Shown here: positions 51,566-64,000 of the stretch, piece by piece | Layout of the letters: every line of letters begins with the position of its first letter | Position numbering within the stretch: position 1 is the first letter of the stretch | Source: Octopus vulgaris | Taxonomy: Eukaryota | NCBI GenBank assembly: GCA_951406725.2 | Contig: OX597832.1 | Location: forward strand, 1,550,001-1,614,000 | Reading direction: 5' to 3' | Length of the DNA stretch: 64,000 nucleotides | Notes under the pieces: generated by a model | What the model saw: the letters and a program-made list of their open reading frames with translations, nothing else | What the model was told of the DNA's origin: nothing | The model's database searches: none | Program-made: the position numbers and the translations under genes

Positions 51566-54452
51566 ACACATACAGGCAACTAAAATTTTAATGTAGAAAG
51601 AAATATTGGTTTATCTGAATGGGTGTAAGGCTACAAATTTATAGCGAGAAATGGTTGATGGAAATAGTCACTGAACATTCTCCATGAATTGATGAAAGGA
51701 ACAGCAGATCTTGATAAGTCGCAAAGACATGAAACTAAAATATCTTTTAAGTTCATACACTAACATCTCTGCAATCGAAATGCTCCCAATATACATATTC
51801 TAAACAGTAAAATATATTGATTTCCTCGTCAATTATTACATATATAATAGGCAATAAAGCCTTATCTGTGTATTGATGTGTTTGAGCTCTCGATTCAAAC
51901 ACCTTGTTATTAAATTCTTCTCATAAGCAAACTTAATGACGTTGTTAGCATGACTTATTCTTTTCGGATTAGCAACAGAAATTCCTCTGATTGCGACTTT
52001 GGTTTGAGTAACGTAGAACAGATTTTTATCTCACTTCTTTCGGATCGTAGCTTATCGAAATAAAAATCAAAGTTTTGCTTTTCCGATAGAAATAATTTGA
52101 CAATAGAAATAATTTGAGTCAAGATTAGTGCTTTGCGTTTCATTTTTTCAGATCGCTGGAGTATCTTTTGTCCTATTAGTAAATCCAACTTGGCTGAGTT
52201 GTTTAATTATTTCTTCCTACTCTATGAATTACCTACACGTTACGCACAGGCATGCTAATGCGTTCCGTTTGTCATGTTAACAATGTTGTTCTGAGAAACA
52301 TTAACGGAGAATAACCAACAAACTGACAAAAACGATATTGATAACTATAATTTGGTAAAATGCTTTTTACGAGATATGGGGAAAATATTTTTTTGTTACT
52401 GCAAATTTTTATTAGTAATATAAGGTAAGTTCAAAAACTCTGTTCTTTCATTTTATGTATGGCACATTTCTTTGGATAAAACACAGAAACGAAAAAAAAT
52501 GTGGTATTTCAACAGTTGGAAACAGTTGCAAATCGCAATAGTTTCGTTGATAGCTTAACTTTTGTTCAACGGTTAGTGGGAAAATAAAACGTTATGGCGT
52601 CGTACCTATCTCAAGTAAAGTGAAACAGCTTCGACAGGAAATAGCTGCGATGTCGGAATTTACAGGTTGCTAAAAGTAATATCAATATTATTTTATTCTT
52701 ACTGTCTTTTACAAAGTTGTGATCGAAGTATAAAAACAAAAGCATCTAAACATTATTGATACCCATGTTAGATAATGTGTCAGATTTTCCATACATCAAT
52801 GTGAGATGTGAGAAATAAAGCTTCTCATCCTGGTAAGTTGTTCTTACAACGAAGGTACAAAATGCAAGAAGAGTAAAAGAAACGACAGAGGCTATACGTG
52901 TGTCAAAAACAATGCTGATAGCAGAAATCTTTCTATTACTTGATTTCAAAAAATAAGACATTGATATTTGGTTAAAAATAGTTTGAAGACTACTTGTAGC
53001 GACCGGGTACTATGTATAACATTACTAACCAGATGTCTCCAGTGCTCTGCAAAGTTGATTGTAGTAACGTCACTCATGTGACGAAAAATTTTGTTGTTTG
53101 GAGTGGCTAATTCGATGGCTTTGCTTTTAGCTAGTTTTTCCTTGATATTGCGTTGGTCAGTCACAAATTATGTTGCCTTTTAACTCAGAAAGTATCAAAT
53201 CGAAGTTTTGAGCCGTTTGTTCATTCGAACAAAATATAAACAGTAAATATTTCTACATATTAGAGGACACATTACTGAATGGCTGACTCCATGTCTCACG
53301 CCTTCTCAAAATTTCCTATTCCAGCCTCCCCCTCTCTTTTTTAACTTATACACCTCATACACACGCGCACAAACTGAAAGAAAAAGAACTCTATACATAT
53401 CTTCTACTTATTTTTGCATCAATCAGATCCTCAACATGGTATTTTGAACATACTTCTTCGAATTTTATCTGCCACAACAATTTATATTTGCCACTTTGAA
53501 TTTTTATCTACTTGAACAGTTTATCCATCGCAACTTCTTTTTACTTTTTGTTACGTGACATATTTAGCTATATATGTTTGCAAAGTATTTGAACTTTATT
53601 CACGTCTTTAGTCATCTTTTAATATCATAGCGATCCTTAACGTTTAACGAAACACTCATAGAAGGAATTGAAATCATTTTCGTTCGGAATCAGAAATATA
53701 GTGTTATTGACAGGAAAGAAAATGTCACTGAAGGCAAGTTAAGTGGTAGCAGGAAAACTAGTGTACAATTTTTTTATCCCATTGACTAAGCTAAAATATA
53801 TGATATTTCAAAGTTTCATTATGTAAAGTGAAAAAATATTTTCATTTATAATAGAATCTGTGAAAGACATCAATAGACGTACAATTATTCAAGCAGTGTA
53901 TTGTAGACCACTAGACAACTCATAAAATTTTATCAGTAGTTACGTCACTCACGAGTCACACTTACACATAGAGTAGATAGCCTAGGAATGACAAAAGATG
54001 AGATAGTCACGGCTAGAGCACTTTAGGTCATAGATTTTCACAGGTGTGATTTGAAGTTGATCAACAATAATAATACACTCATACAAATGTTCGCAGACAT
54101 ACATGCATATATACCCCTTACCTTTTCTGTCAGTGAATAAACAGGATTTTATACATACATGCATACATACATACATACATACATACATACATACATGTGT
54201 GTGTGTGTAGCTGTCTTTGTATGTACGTAAATGCATTTGTATTAGTGGTGTTGTGCTGCCTTACAGTCACAATGTTTTCGTATACCCGAGTTCTTTCTAA
54301 ATTCCAAATGGTTTTATTCACTGTTCTAATCAACTGAAGATATTCAACTTGAAGCGTGTATTCAGTGAAAGTGTTCATCTTAATAACGAAACCCTTAAAA
54401 CTTCATTCATTCTTGCATTGCACTCGTATACATACATACATACATACATACA

Positions 54453-54486
<34 letters not shown>

Positions 54487-54771
54487 CATACATACATACA
54501 TACATATATACATACATGCACACGCTCAGGCTCTCTCTCACTTTCTCTCTCTCACATACACAAACACACGTATACAGACACACCACACATACACACACAC
54601 GCACGCACATACACGCACACACACACGCACGCGCACACACACACAGACACACACATACACACACACACGTATATTGTTGATTAAAATATTTCGGAATAAG
54701 TTAAAAAAATCAATGTTAATTTATGTGGCAACAATATGTACTAAACATGAAATATCAAAAACAGTTTTTAT

Positions 54772-54870
54772 AGTCGCAGGCTTTTTTTCATAAAAAGCTT
54801 GGTTCGCAGCCACATAGCTCTGGGTTCAGTTCCTCTATGTGATACCAAGAATAAGTGTCTTCAACTATAA
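54772..54870 (+). mobile_element. SINE family A head remnant
   Basis: GGGTTCAGTTCC..AAGTGTCTTCAACTATA. Confidence 0.6.
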
Positions 54871-55499
54871 ACTACTAATTACTTTTACTTAACAACTTCC
54901 TCCAGGAATTATATCGGCCTGACTGAGAATTGCTTTAAAGAGATCATTTTTAACATATCCTTTCCTTTAAGGAATCTAAAATAAAATTTGCCACTAATTT
55001 ATATATATTTTGGTTTTTAAAAATACGAGATCGGGAGCATTTCAAATCCAATTGCTAATCCCTGGCCCTACTGGGTAATTTTCATACGAAAGATTATTTT
55101 GGGGTTTAGCCATAAATTTTAGTAGTCACTGCTTCTGTAAATTAAGACTACTAGATATTCGAAACAGTCATAAAGTTCCGGCATGTATATTATACACTCT
55201 CACGGTGAACAGTAAAAGAATGGACGATACTATTTCTAGTTTCAGTTAGACTACTGTACATTTTAAAGCCTCTTTGAAATTGTATTTAAAGCTATTGTTG
55301 CCACACTTGTAATTGAATCAGACAGACCGATTTGAATATTGGACACATTTTCGGCTGCTAGACCTGAAATATAATTGCCCGAGGAGAGACAGCGAGAAAC
55401 ACGAAGGAACGATTTATGAAGTTTCAATTTACACTATCGATTAGTGTCGTTTCTTATACTTGATCATATTTACATTCTTATTTTTATTCTTATCTTCTT

Positions 55500-56043
<544 letters not shown>

Positions 56044-58029
56044 AGTTCTATTCATCCAATAATTTCGACATTGCAGTTGGCGATCTCTTTCCGATTGCTG
56101 GCGTTTTTATTCAATGTTAACTATCTTCTTTTCTCTTTCAGTTTTAACTATCTTTTTTCCCCCACTGTGATTATATTCCCCACAGTTACTGCAATTTTCC
56201 ACTGTATTTCCCCACATCGCTCCGTAACTTTACAATTAAAGAAAGCTGCTCTTCCGCATCTACACGTACAACTACAGATACTAACAACTATTCAGAAAAC
56301 ATCCAAGCAATCGAAATAATGACTCTTTCAATGCTTATTTACGATATATTGATGTTGGTGTTTCAAAAATTATCTCCCGATAAACATCATATGGTACAAA
56401 TTTGCTTCAATTCTTCGACATTTTCAAATGTGCAATAAGATACTTTTTGTATTTTTATTTATCCATAAACAATTGTAGCAGAAACCATGCAATGTAAAAC
56501 GCTAATTGTTTAGGCTTGCTAATTTATATCTTAAAGCGATGCAGTCACAAGGTATCTTTTTGCCGAATCTTTTAGTTAGATACAATGATTCAATACATAC
56601 ACAAACATACACAACACACAGACACACACACACACACATATATATTTTATACACATACATTAATGTGCATGGTGTTTGTATACGTGATCTGTACGTTTGT
56701 ATGAGTATTCTTATACACGAACACACACTTATATGTGCATGCACATACTAATACACAGTTATTGTAATCTCAACACCCATACATATACGTATACGTTTTT
56801 TTAATGTGCATATATATATTCTTTTAATGCTCACCGAATAATACAGATGATTTTGTATAAAAAAATACCGACATAGAAATTCGTTTTTGTAAGGATTCCA
56901 ACAGTTTTCTGATTTATCCAATTTGATCTTTTTCTTTTAACATTAGGTGACATTTCAGATAAGCCCAAGATTCACCGCAGTTGAAAAGGATATTCACAGG
57001 TGCATTGAAGCTTTTCAACATTATTCAAATCAGTGAATCAACCTTCTTTACACCTCACATATGTACAGAAACATATGTATTTGTTTGATGTGTGTGCTTG
57101 TCCGTGTATGTTCGTGTGTGTGTGTATGTGTGTACAGTTTTTCTCATTGAACATTTCTGAAACAGATTAATTAAGAAATGAATTTCCTCTACAAGAAATT
57201 TATATCGATTTGGTTTTCTTTCCTTAAAAGTGTTAATTTCTATATACCTTAAGCGTTCTTCATAATGGGAAGTGCAATTGTTTGAGGAGATAAAGGGGTA
57301 CATTGATATATTTTTAGTATTGTTTATTTTTTTTTAACCACCAAGCTTCGCATTTAGAAAACGAAATCAACATTTCACATCGCAAGTAAAAATGTTTTCA
57401 GCATCACAGTTAATTAGAAGCTTTCGTACATTCATGACAACCACCTGGGTATATTTGCTTAAATAAGAAAAACAATACTTCAAAAGTATTTGTCAATACC
57501 ATCAGCAAAAAAAGCAGCAACGCCAAAGTTCTTAAAGGGAGACCACTGGTGTTTAATCTCGGAAAGCAGAAACCTGGTGGTCTTGACTTTACGAAAACAA
57601 TACGGTACTTATTAAGAGATGAGAAAATACTCAAATAGTGGAGATGAATATTTATTCTTGTCTCTATCATGCTCGATATGTTGGATTATACTGCTAGTTG
57701 TCCTCTTTAAGGATGGATATGTCAGCTGTCATATTTTTTCATATGCTGAGGTAGATCGCAATAAAGAGAGAAATATTAAACAAAAATCAGTGAAAATAAA
57801 ATTTCATGTGAATATGTTCGGGATGAAAGCGTTAGGAAGGATTGCTTTGTCAAGCTGATGTGGTTAGATAATTTTTTCAATTAGTTCTTATGTTCATTTA
57901 GAGGCGAAGTCTGTAGGAAATTGAACTGAGCAAGTTTTGTGTTCAATAGAACAGAATTATACTTTAAATGGGGAGCAAAAATATAAGTTTTTATTTCTGC
58001 AGCAATGCTTCATATCTAGCCATATCGGT

Positions 58030-58067
<38 letters not shown>

Positions 58068-58295
58068 CACTTGAAATGTGAAAGGGCTTGTGCGACTTTT
58101 GGCTTTACTAATTATCGCGCATCTAATGCTGGAGGAACACCACCTATTGTTTTGTTTTGAGTTAAGTACAAACTTCAGAAGCAATTTCAAACTACAGCAC
58201 TTAAAACATTGCATGTTTTATCCGAGACACAGGAAAAAAATATCTGAAAATTTGCTACATATTGCATAATTTATGTTGCTACAAATCTGTTTTAT

Positions 58296-58440
<145 letters not shown>

Positions 58441-58547
58441 TTACAATTAAAACATCGAATTTAAATTATGATTGCATTAATAGATATCACAACCAAAGGA
58501 GACAGTTAATAAGTAAATACTAAATGATATATCCACTGATTATGATA

Positions 58548-59756
58548 TCTAGTATATATAAATTACATTATGTGTGTGTATATTGAGTAACGCATACATT
58601 TCCACAATTCTCAACCGATTTTCACCAAACTTCACACACACGTTACTTATGTCTCAAGGAAGGTCATGCACTATAACATTTTGCCCAGAGTTCCCGCGTA
58701 GACAAACCGGGCCAACGGTGGTTTACACGGGTTTTTCTCTAACTCGTTGTATGCACATAGTCTTTTGTACGTAGGGTCTTCCATACTTTTTAAATCTATA
58801 TGGTTGTATATTAGCATTAGAGAATATTTTAGTGGTTTACATATTTCTTTGATTTATAATTTATTTCCATGTTGTAATTGTGTATTATTGCTTGGTTAGA
58901 GAATATTATAAAAGTGAAAGGATTTTGTCATGTATTTATTTCGACTGTCCACCTTGATTAAATTGACTACTACGCGATGAATATCCAATACCAAACAATC
59001 TTAATCTCCATATTTAAACTGCATTAAACTTTGGCAAGCTTACCTTTGTCTATTCTGAGTTACTTGAAAGGTAACGTTCCCTGCCTTCTCTTCTTTTTGT
59101 TGGTACCTTTGTTTACCTACCAATGCATTGTTTCACTTTAAAGATGCTTATTTACCCATCCATTATATTTCGAACGCGACTTCTTTTCACTGCAAACTGC
59201 TAAAGATTCAAAGCAATATTTGTAAACTGAAGTCAGAGTCTTGATGACTTCATTTTCGTTACCTGAAATCAATTTCAGGGTGGTCGTACACTGTAAACAC
59301 GTAGTAAATACATTCCTTTAACTCTACTTTTTTCAGTATTTTTGCTGTTTTTTAATGTACCAATCATACTTCTCTCTGAAAAGATAGCTCCCTATGCTGT
59401 TGAATAAAGTAAACTCGCAGAGGGGAAGTTTCAACGCATTTCTCCAATTTCCTTACACCATTTATATGGCTGTTTCTGAAATTTCGCTTTCATGTAAAGC
59501 ATCTATATTTTGTAGTCATTATCTGTAATCTACTCCCAAAACACTTCAGTAGCTTTACTTTGTATCGCTTGCAAACTCAGATGTTCTATGATAATTAAAT
59601 TGCAATAACCAGCCTTCAATTTGGCTTTCTGTTCTTAGGTTAATTGGAAACATAGATTGCCGTGCTACTCATAAACCTTCTCTGTTGATAAATTATTTGG
59701 TGAAAAAATGCTAACAAAGCAACTTAAACCGTCCAAGGGACGGGTGCATTTGCTAG
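58548..59756 (+). mobile_element. Non-autonomous Helitron
   Basis: Starts A|TCTAGTATATATAAA..AACCGATTTTCACCAAACTT; ends with hairpin CCGTCC-aag-GGACGG, then 9 nt, then CTAG|T. AT target, no TSD. Confidence 0.8.
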
Positions 59757-61239
59757 TTTTCTATAAACAAAGATGTGAACACGTGTAAGTGCATGTGTGC
59801 TTGTGTATAAATATTATTACGCGTACAAACATAACAACAAGTACAAACAGTTTAGGATATGCACCATGAAATGTAGATAGGTATTCTAAAGTTTATATAT
59901 TTACCGTTTTACTTGTTTCTGTTGGTACGCTTGCATCACTAATGAGATTACCATAACCCTTTTCCAATATTTGTATTAATAGTTGTGCGTGTGGTTTTCT
60001 ATGCGTCAAAGGTAACCATTTGAAAATATACAATTTAACATCTACATACATGAGATCATCGTAATTCAGAAAGTTCGAGCATACCTCACACTATAAGTTG
60101 ATACTGTTGTTCCAGATAGACATTATACTGTCGTAATTTATTTCCCTTTTCATTACTGGGCAAAATTAAGCAAGACATGTCGAAAAGCTAATTAACTTAT
60201 GGAATTAGATAAGCTGATATTCACTCAGTTCTCCTTTGGAATTTTTTTATTAGGGCAATACAGTCATAAGTAGTATTATTGCTTCTTTGAAAATTAGGAA
60301 TGTCGGACTTGGGTAGTTACACCAAACAGACGAATAAGATACATCACTAGCATAAGAAAATTAATAAAGGTTTTACATCCAGCAGATGAGAGGTTCATCA
60401 TGTCTATTACAAAATTCGATAAATTTTTCTGAACTTAAGACACTTTAGGCGACAATAAATGCGACAAATACATTTATTTCAATTGCAATATGGACTACTA
60501 ATTGTTTGAATTTAGTTTTGAAAAAAATTATATCTGTCAGCTCATGAACGTCAGCCATCCTAATATCAAAACAATATATTCATAAATGCTTTGTAACAGC
60601 GCAAGATATTTTGCATGGTTTGAGGAATAAGTGTCTCGTTATTTCGGTTTAGAAAGCCTTAAAATTAAAAACTTTTGCTCAGATATAAACAAATTGTAAT
60701 GGGATGTTTCAGTTATATGAATTATCCACGCTTATGGCACCAATTTTGAAATTAGCAGACCGATGTGACATAACAACACTTTCATCTTAGCAAAGAACAT
60801 GCGTATCAACTAGTCATAAAAATGAAGTCAAAATATCGATTCAAAACGTTTTATAAAAGAGAAAAAATTAAACACGAAAACAAAGAAAAATATGATTTAT
60901 ATAAAGCACAGTATCTTGTGATTTGCAACAGAAATTATCAGTTGTTTCAATTATCATTTACAACATAGCAAATATATCCACCAATAAATTTTTCTTACGC
61001 TAACACTTAACAATAGGTTAATCCGGTGTTTCGTTATTTTTCATTTCATTTCCCTCTAAACCATCATTCGTATCGGAGCAACATGGAGGAGTTTGTAATT
61101 TATTAATCAAATTACTTTCATTACCACTAATTTATTAGTCAAACTATATTATTGCTATGAGTATTTATTGAAATGAAGAATATGTGAGAAAACGAAGAAC
61201 ATGGTGATAATGGAGAAAGGAAGAATTAACGATAGATAA

Positions 61240-61303
61240 AGAAGAAGAAGAAGAAGAAGAAGAAGAAGAAGAAGAAGAAGAAGAAGAAGAAGAAGAAGAA
61301 GAA
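61240..61303. repeat. (GAA)n microsatellite
   Basis: Seen directly. Confidence 0.95.
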
Positions 61304-61999
61304 GGAGTGTGAGAACATTATACCATCTTATTTAACCTTCTAGTCCTCCTAAATAAATTTTGCGGCCTTAGCTGATAAAATATGCAAATATAAAATGTGA
61401 AATAACTAATGTCATTTGTATTAAGATATGTACTTGTCATTCACCACACACACGCGCGCGCGCGTACACACACACATGCATGTGCGTGTGTGTTAAATAG
61501 GAGAAAGCCTTCAACTGTGATGAAAATTTATAAGAAGGTAAACACATTACTATTAGAATGAGCAGAAAATACTGGGGGAAATCTCTTGAATCGTTTTCCT
61601 ATATGTTGACGCATCTAAAAGAAAACGTACTGAATGTCTTTTTCTAATTGATCGCATATCAATTCAACTGCTATATTAAGCAGCCAAGAATTAAGCTATT
61701 ATGACGGTTGATTGTTTAATTTTTCACAAATTAAACAATATTAGTTTATACACAACACAATGTCAATCAGAAGAACTGAAATAATTATAGAAAGCATCAA
61801 AGTAATATACTTATACTCCTATAATTTACTATCACAGTTTGAAGCTTTTTAATATTTAAACTTTATTTTATTCTTTGTGATTGATGCAGTGTTATGCATA
61901 AAGCATAAGAGCTGCGCGAGTATTGCAACCCAATATAAGTCGCATACAATGGTATGCATCATATTTAGAGAAATAATTATCAACCACCAGGTTTAATTT

Positions 62000-62480
62000 A
62001 CATTTAATTGTAAACAAGACTGCCCCAAAATTCTGTCTGGACTGATTTAGTTGTGGAAGATTAACATATATTTTGAATGAATGTTTCTATGGTGCTGTCA
62101 TTCTCAGATTTCTGCACTGAGTAGCCTGATGACTGACGAACTTTGAAACGTTGTAGCCAGCCTGTGGTCAGACTCTTATGTTTCATCGGCATAGATTCAT
62201 TCAGTAACACTGACAACACTTTTCTTTCTGTAACATCAATGTATAAAATTAATGTATAAAACACAGCGTTGGATACATGTTCTTCAGTCTCTTAGATAAA
62301 TGCTGTATAATAGCGCCCCCAATTTTATATCGGTGACGATAGCTTTTCCTAGTAATATCTTATATAAATGTCCTTTTCTAGCTACTATTCCCCTTCCTGT
62401 ATCGTTCTGCGCACACAGTTTAGTACTGACTCTACCGTTTTGTTTATAATAATTAAAAGTGATTTTGAATAACTGAAGAA
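62000..62480 (-). mobile_element. pogo/Tigger N-terminal HTH remnant, copy 2
   Basis: KSLTTGWLQRFKVRQ matches the GWLxRFKxRH motif of CENP-B-type HTH domains. Confidence 0.6.
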
Positions 62481-63487
62481 CGAAGAACATATTACGTTAC
62501 ATAAAGGTATTACCAACACTGGTGCACCGGCAGAAACTTTTGTTCACCCTTAAATTACTAGGTGTCTGTCTGTCTGATAATTTGTTATCAGCTTGTCTAT
62601 TTAAACGATATTAAAAGGATTTTATCATATGAAAATAACTGATACACTGAATGATTTAAATGCAAAGCAAAATCAGTGGTGTTTATGTACACGTGTTACA
62701 AGCAATCAAGTTTACTGTGAAGAAAGTTGTGAAGAGAACATCATTGACAATTAAACAGGAGGTGAGGTATAGTGTACAAATGATGGGCAAAAACATTAAA
62801 GATTGTACTTGAGTACAAGATTCGAAAAGCAACAGTGTCCTACATCAAAAACAACAAGACTGATGATTAGAAATTAATCAACCAAAGTGGCACTTCCGTT
62901 GCATTAAAATAATTTCACTAAGCAAATGAAAGAGGAACAATTCAACCAAACTAAAATTTTGTGATTTACTTACAAACATAAAACAGGGTTTCTTGACTCT
63001 GCTCCGATACCAGTTTATGAATGAACTTATGCCGATAAGTCAATCGTATCATCGGAGGGCGTTTCAAAGATCACCATGGCATCAGGCCACTCAGCGTACT
63101 TGGACTGTAGAAGTTTTTGGATGATAGTACCATTAAAAACAGAAACACAAACCCATCGTTCATAAATTAGGACTTGTCTGAGTTAAGTGTTGTGTTAATC
63201 CAACAAATCAGACAAGAAATTATTACTCATAAAATACATTTCCCAAAAGTAGACATGAATGACATATCTGCTGTTTTCATTCTGCTCTCTGTAAAAAATT
63301 CTGTCTGCCGTCCTATTATTGTACACTTACTGTTATATTTAGTAAGTGTTGGACTCGAGTAATGTACCATTGTTGACAATACGGTGTCAATTTGAATTGT
63401 CAGGTGGAGCCGTCGAGTGTTTGTTTCTTCAGTCAAATACATCAAAACTATAGCCACTCTATCAGAGATCCATTGCAGTAATAAGGT

Positions 63488-63688
63488 TGGTTTCAAATTT
63501 TGGCACAAGGCCAGCAATTTCGGGAGTGAGGGCAAGTGTTCAACTGGTACTTATTTTGTCGACCCCGAGAGGATGAAAGGTAAAGTCGACCTTGGCGGAA
63601 TTTGAACTCAGAACGCAAGGATAGACAAAATGCCGCTGAGCGTTTTGCCCGGCAAGCTAACAATTCTGCCTGCCAGCTCACCGCCTTG
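63488..63688 (-). mobile_element. SINE family B
   Basis: Minus strand: GGCGGTGAGCTGGCAG..GAGTTCAAATTCCGCC..GGTCGACTTTACCTTTCATCCTCTCGGGGTCGACAAAATAAGTACCAG. AGTAATAA on both flanks is a likely TSD. Confidence 0.9.
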
Positions 63689-64000
63689 CAATAGTAATAA
63701 TATTGCCTTACATGTTACTACCGTCCTCGATGAAGAGAATGCAGACGCCGGACTCCCGCAAATTATCAAGTCATTCCCATTTGAGAACACTTTATTCATG
63801 ATCGCTAATTCAGTATCAAGCAGTCAACAGTCTGATTTGAGAACATAAAGACTGTGTAAATATGCTTTTTGCGTAATTATGCTCAAGGTTACTACTTTCC
63901 TTGTTTACTATTATTTATTCAATCAATCAGTAATCACTATATTACTTTTACGAATAAAACTATATTACTGAAGAAGCATACTCCCCTATCTCTCTGCCAC

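Noticed and set aside
51955-53164. Short minus-strand ORFs and a Cys-containing plus-strand stretch as host exons
   Set aside because: No recognisable domain, no convincing splice sites, and frequent stops.

Overview
Eukaryotic, AT-rich, repeat-saturated intergenic or intronic DNA. The SINE families, the microsatellite load and the LINE types suggest a coleoid cephalopod, probably Octopus (inference only). I found no intact host gene; almost all listed ORFs come from microsatellites or transposons. The window holds three tRNA-derived SINE families, RTE LINEs with C-terminal C2H2 fingers, R4/Dong-like and Hero-like RLE LINEs, four Tx1/L1-like copies, a full-length decayed Buster/Charlie hAT, pogo/Tigger fragments, a non-autonomous Helitron, and a near full-length Penelope-like element (PLE) split by the Hero insertion. 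The most notable hidden signal is eight sequence-unrelated type I hammerhead ribozyme motifs on both strands, most in short non-coding elements beside (TA)n or (CA)n tracts. They include core variants, a fold-back with mirror-image ribozymes, and a retrozyme-like partial tandem unit. All calls are by eye; element boundaries are approximate and no database searches were run.
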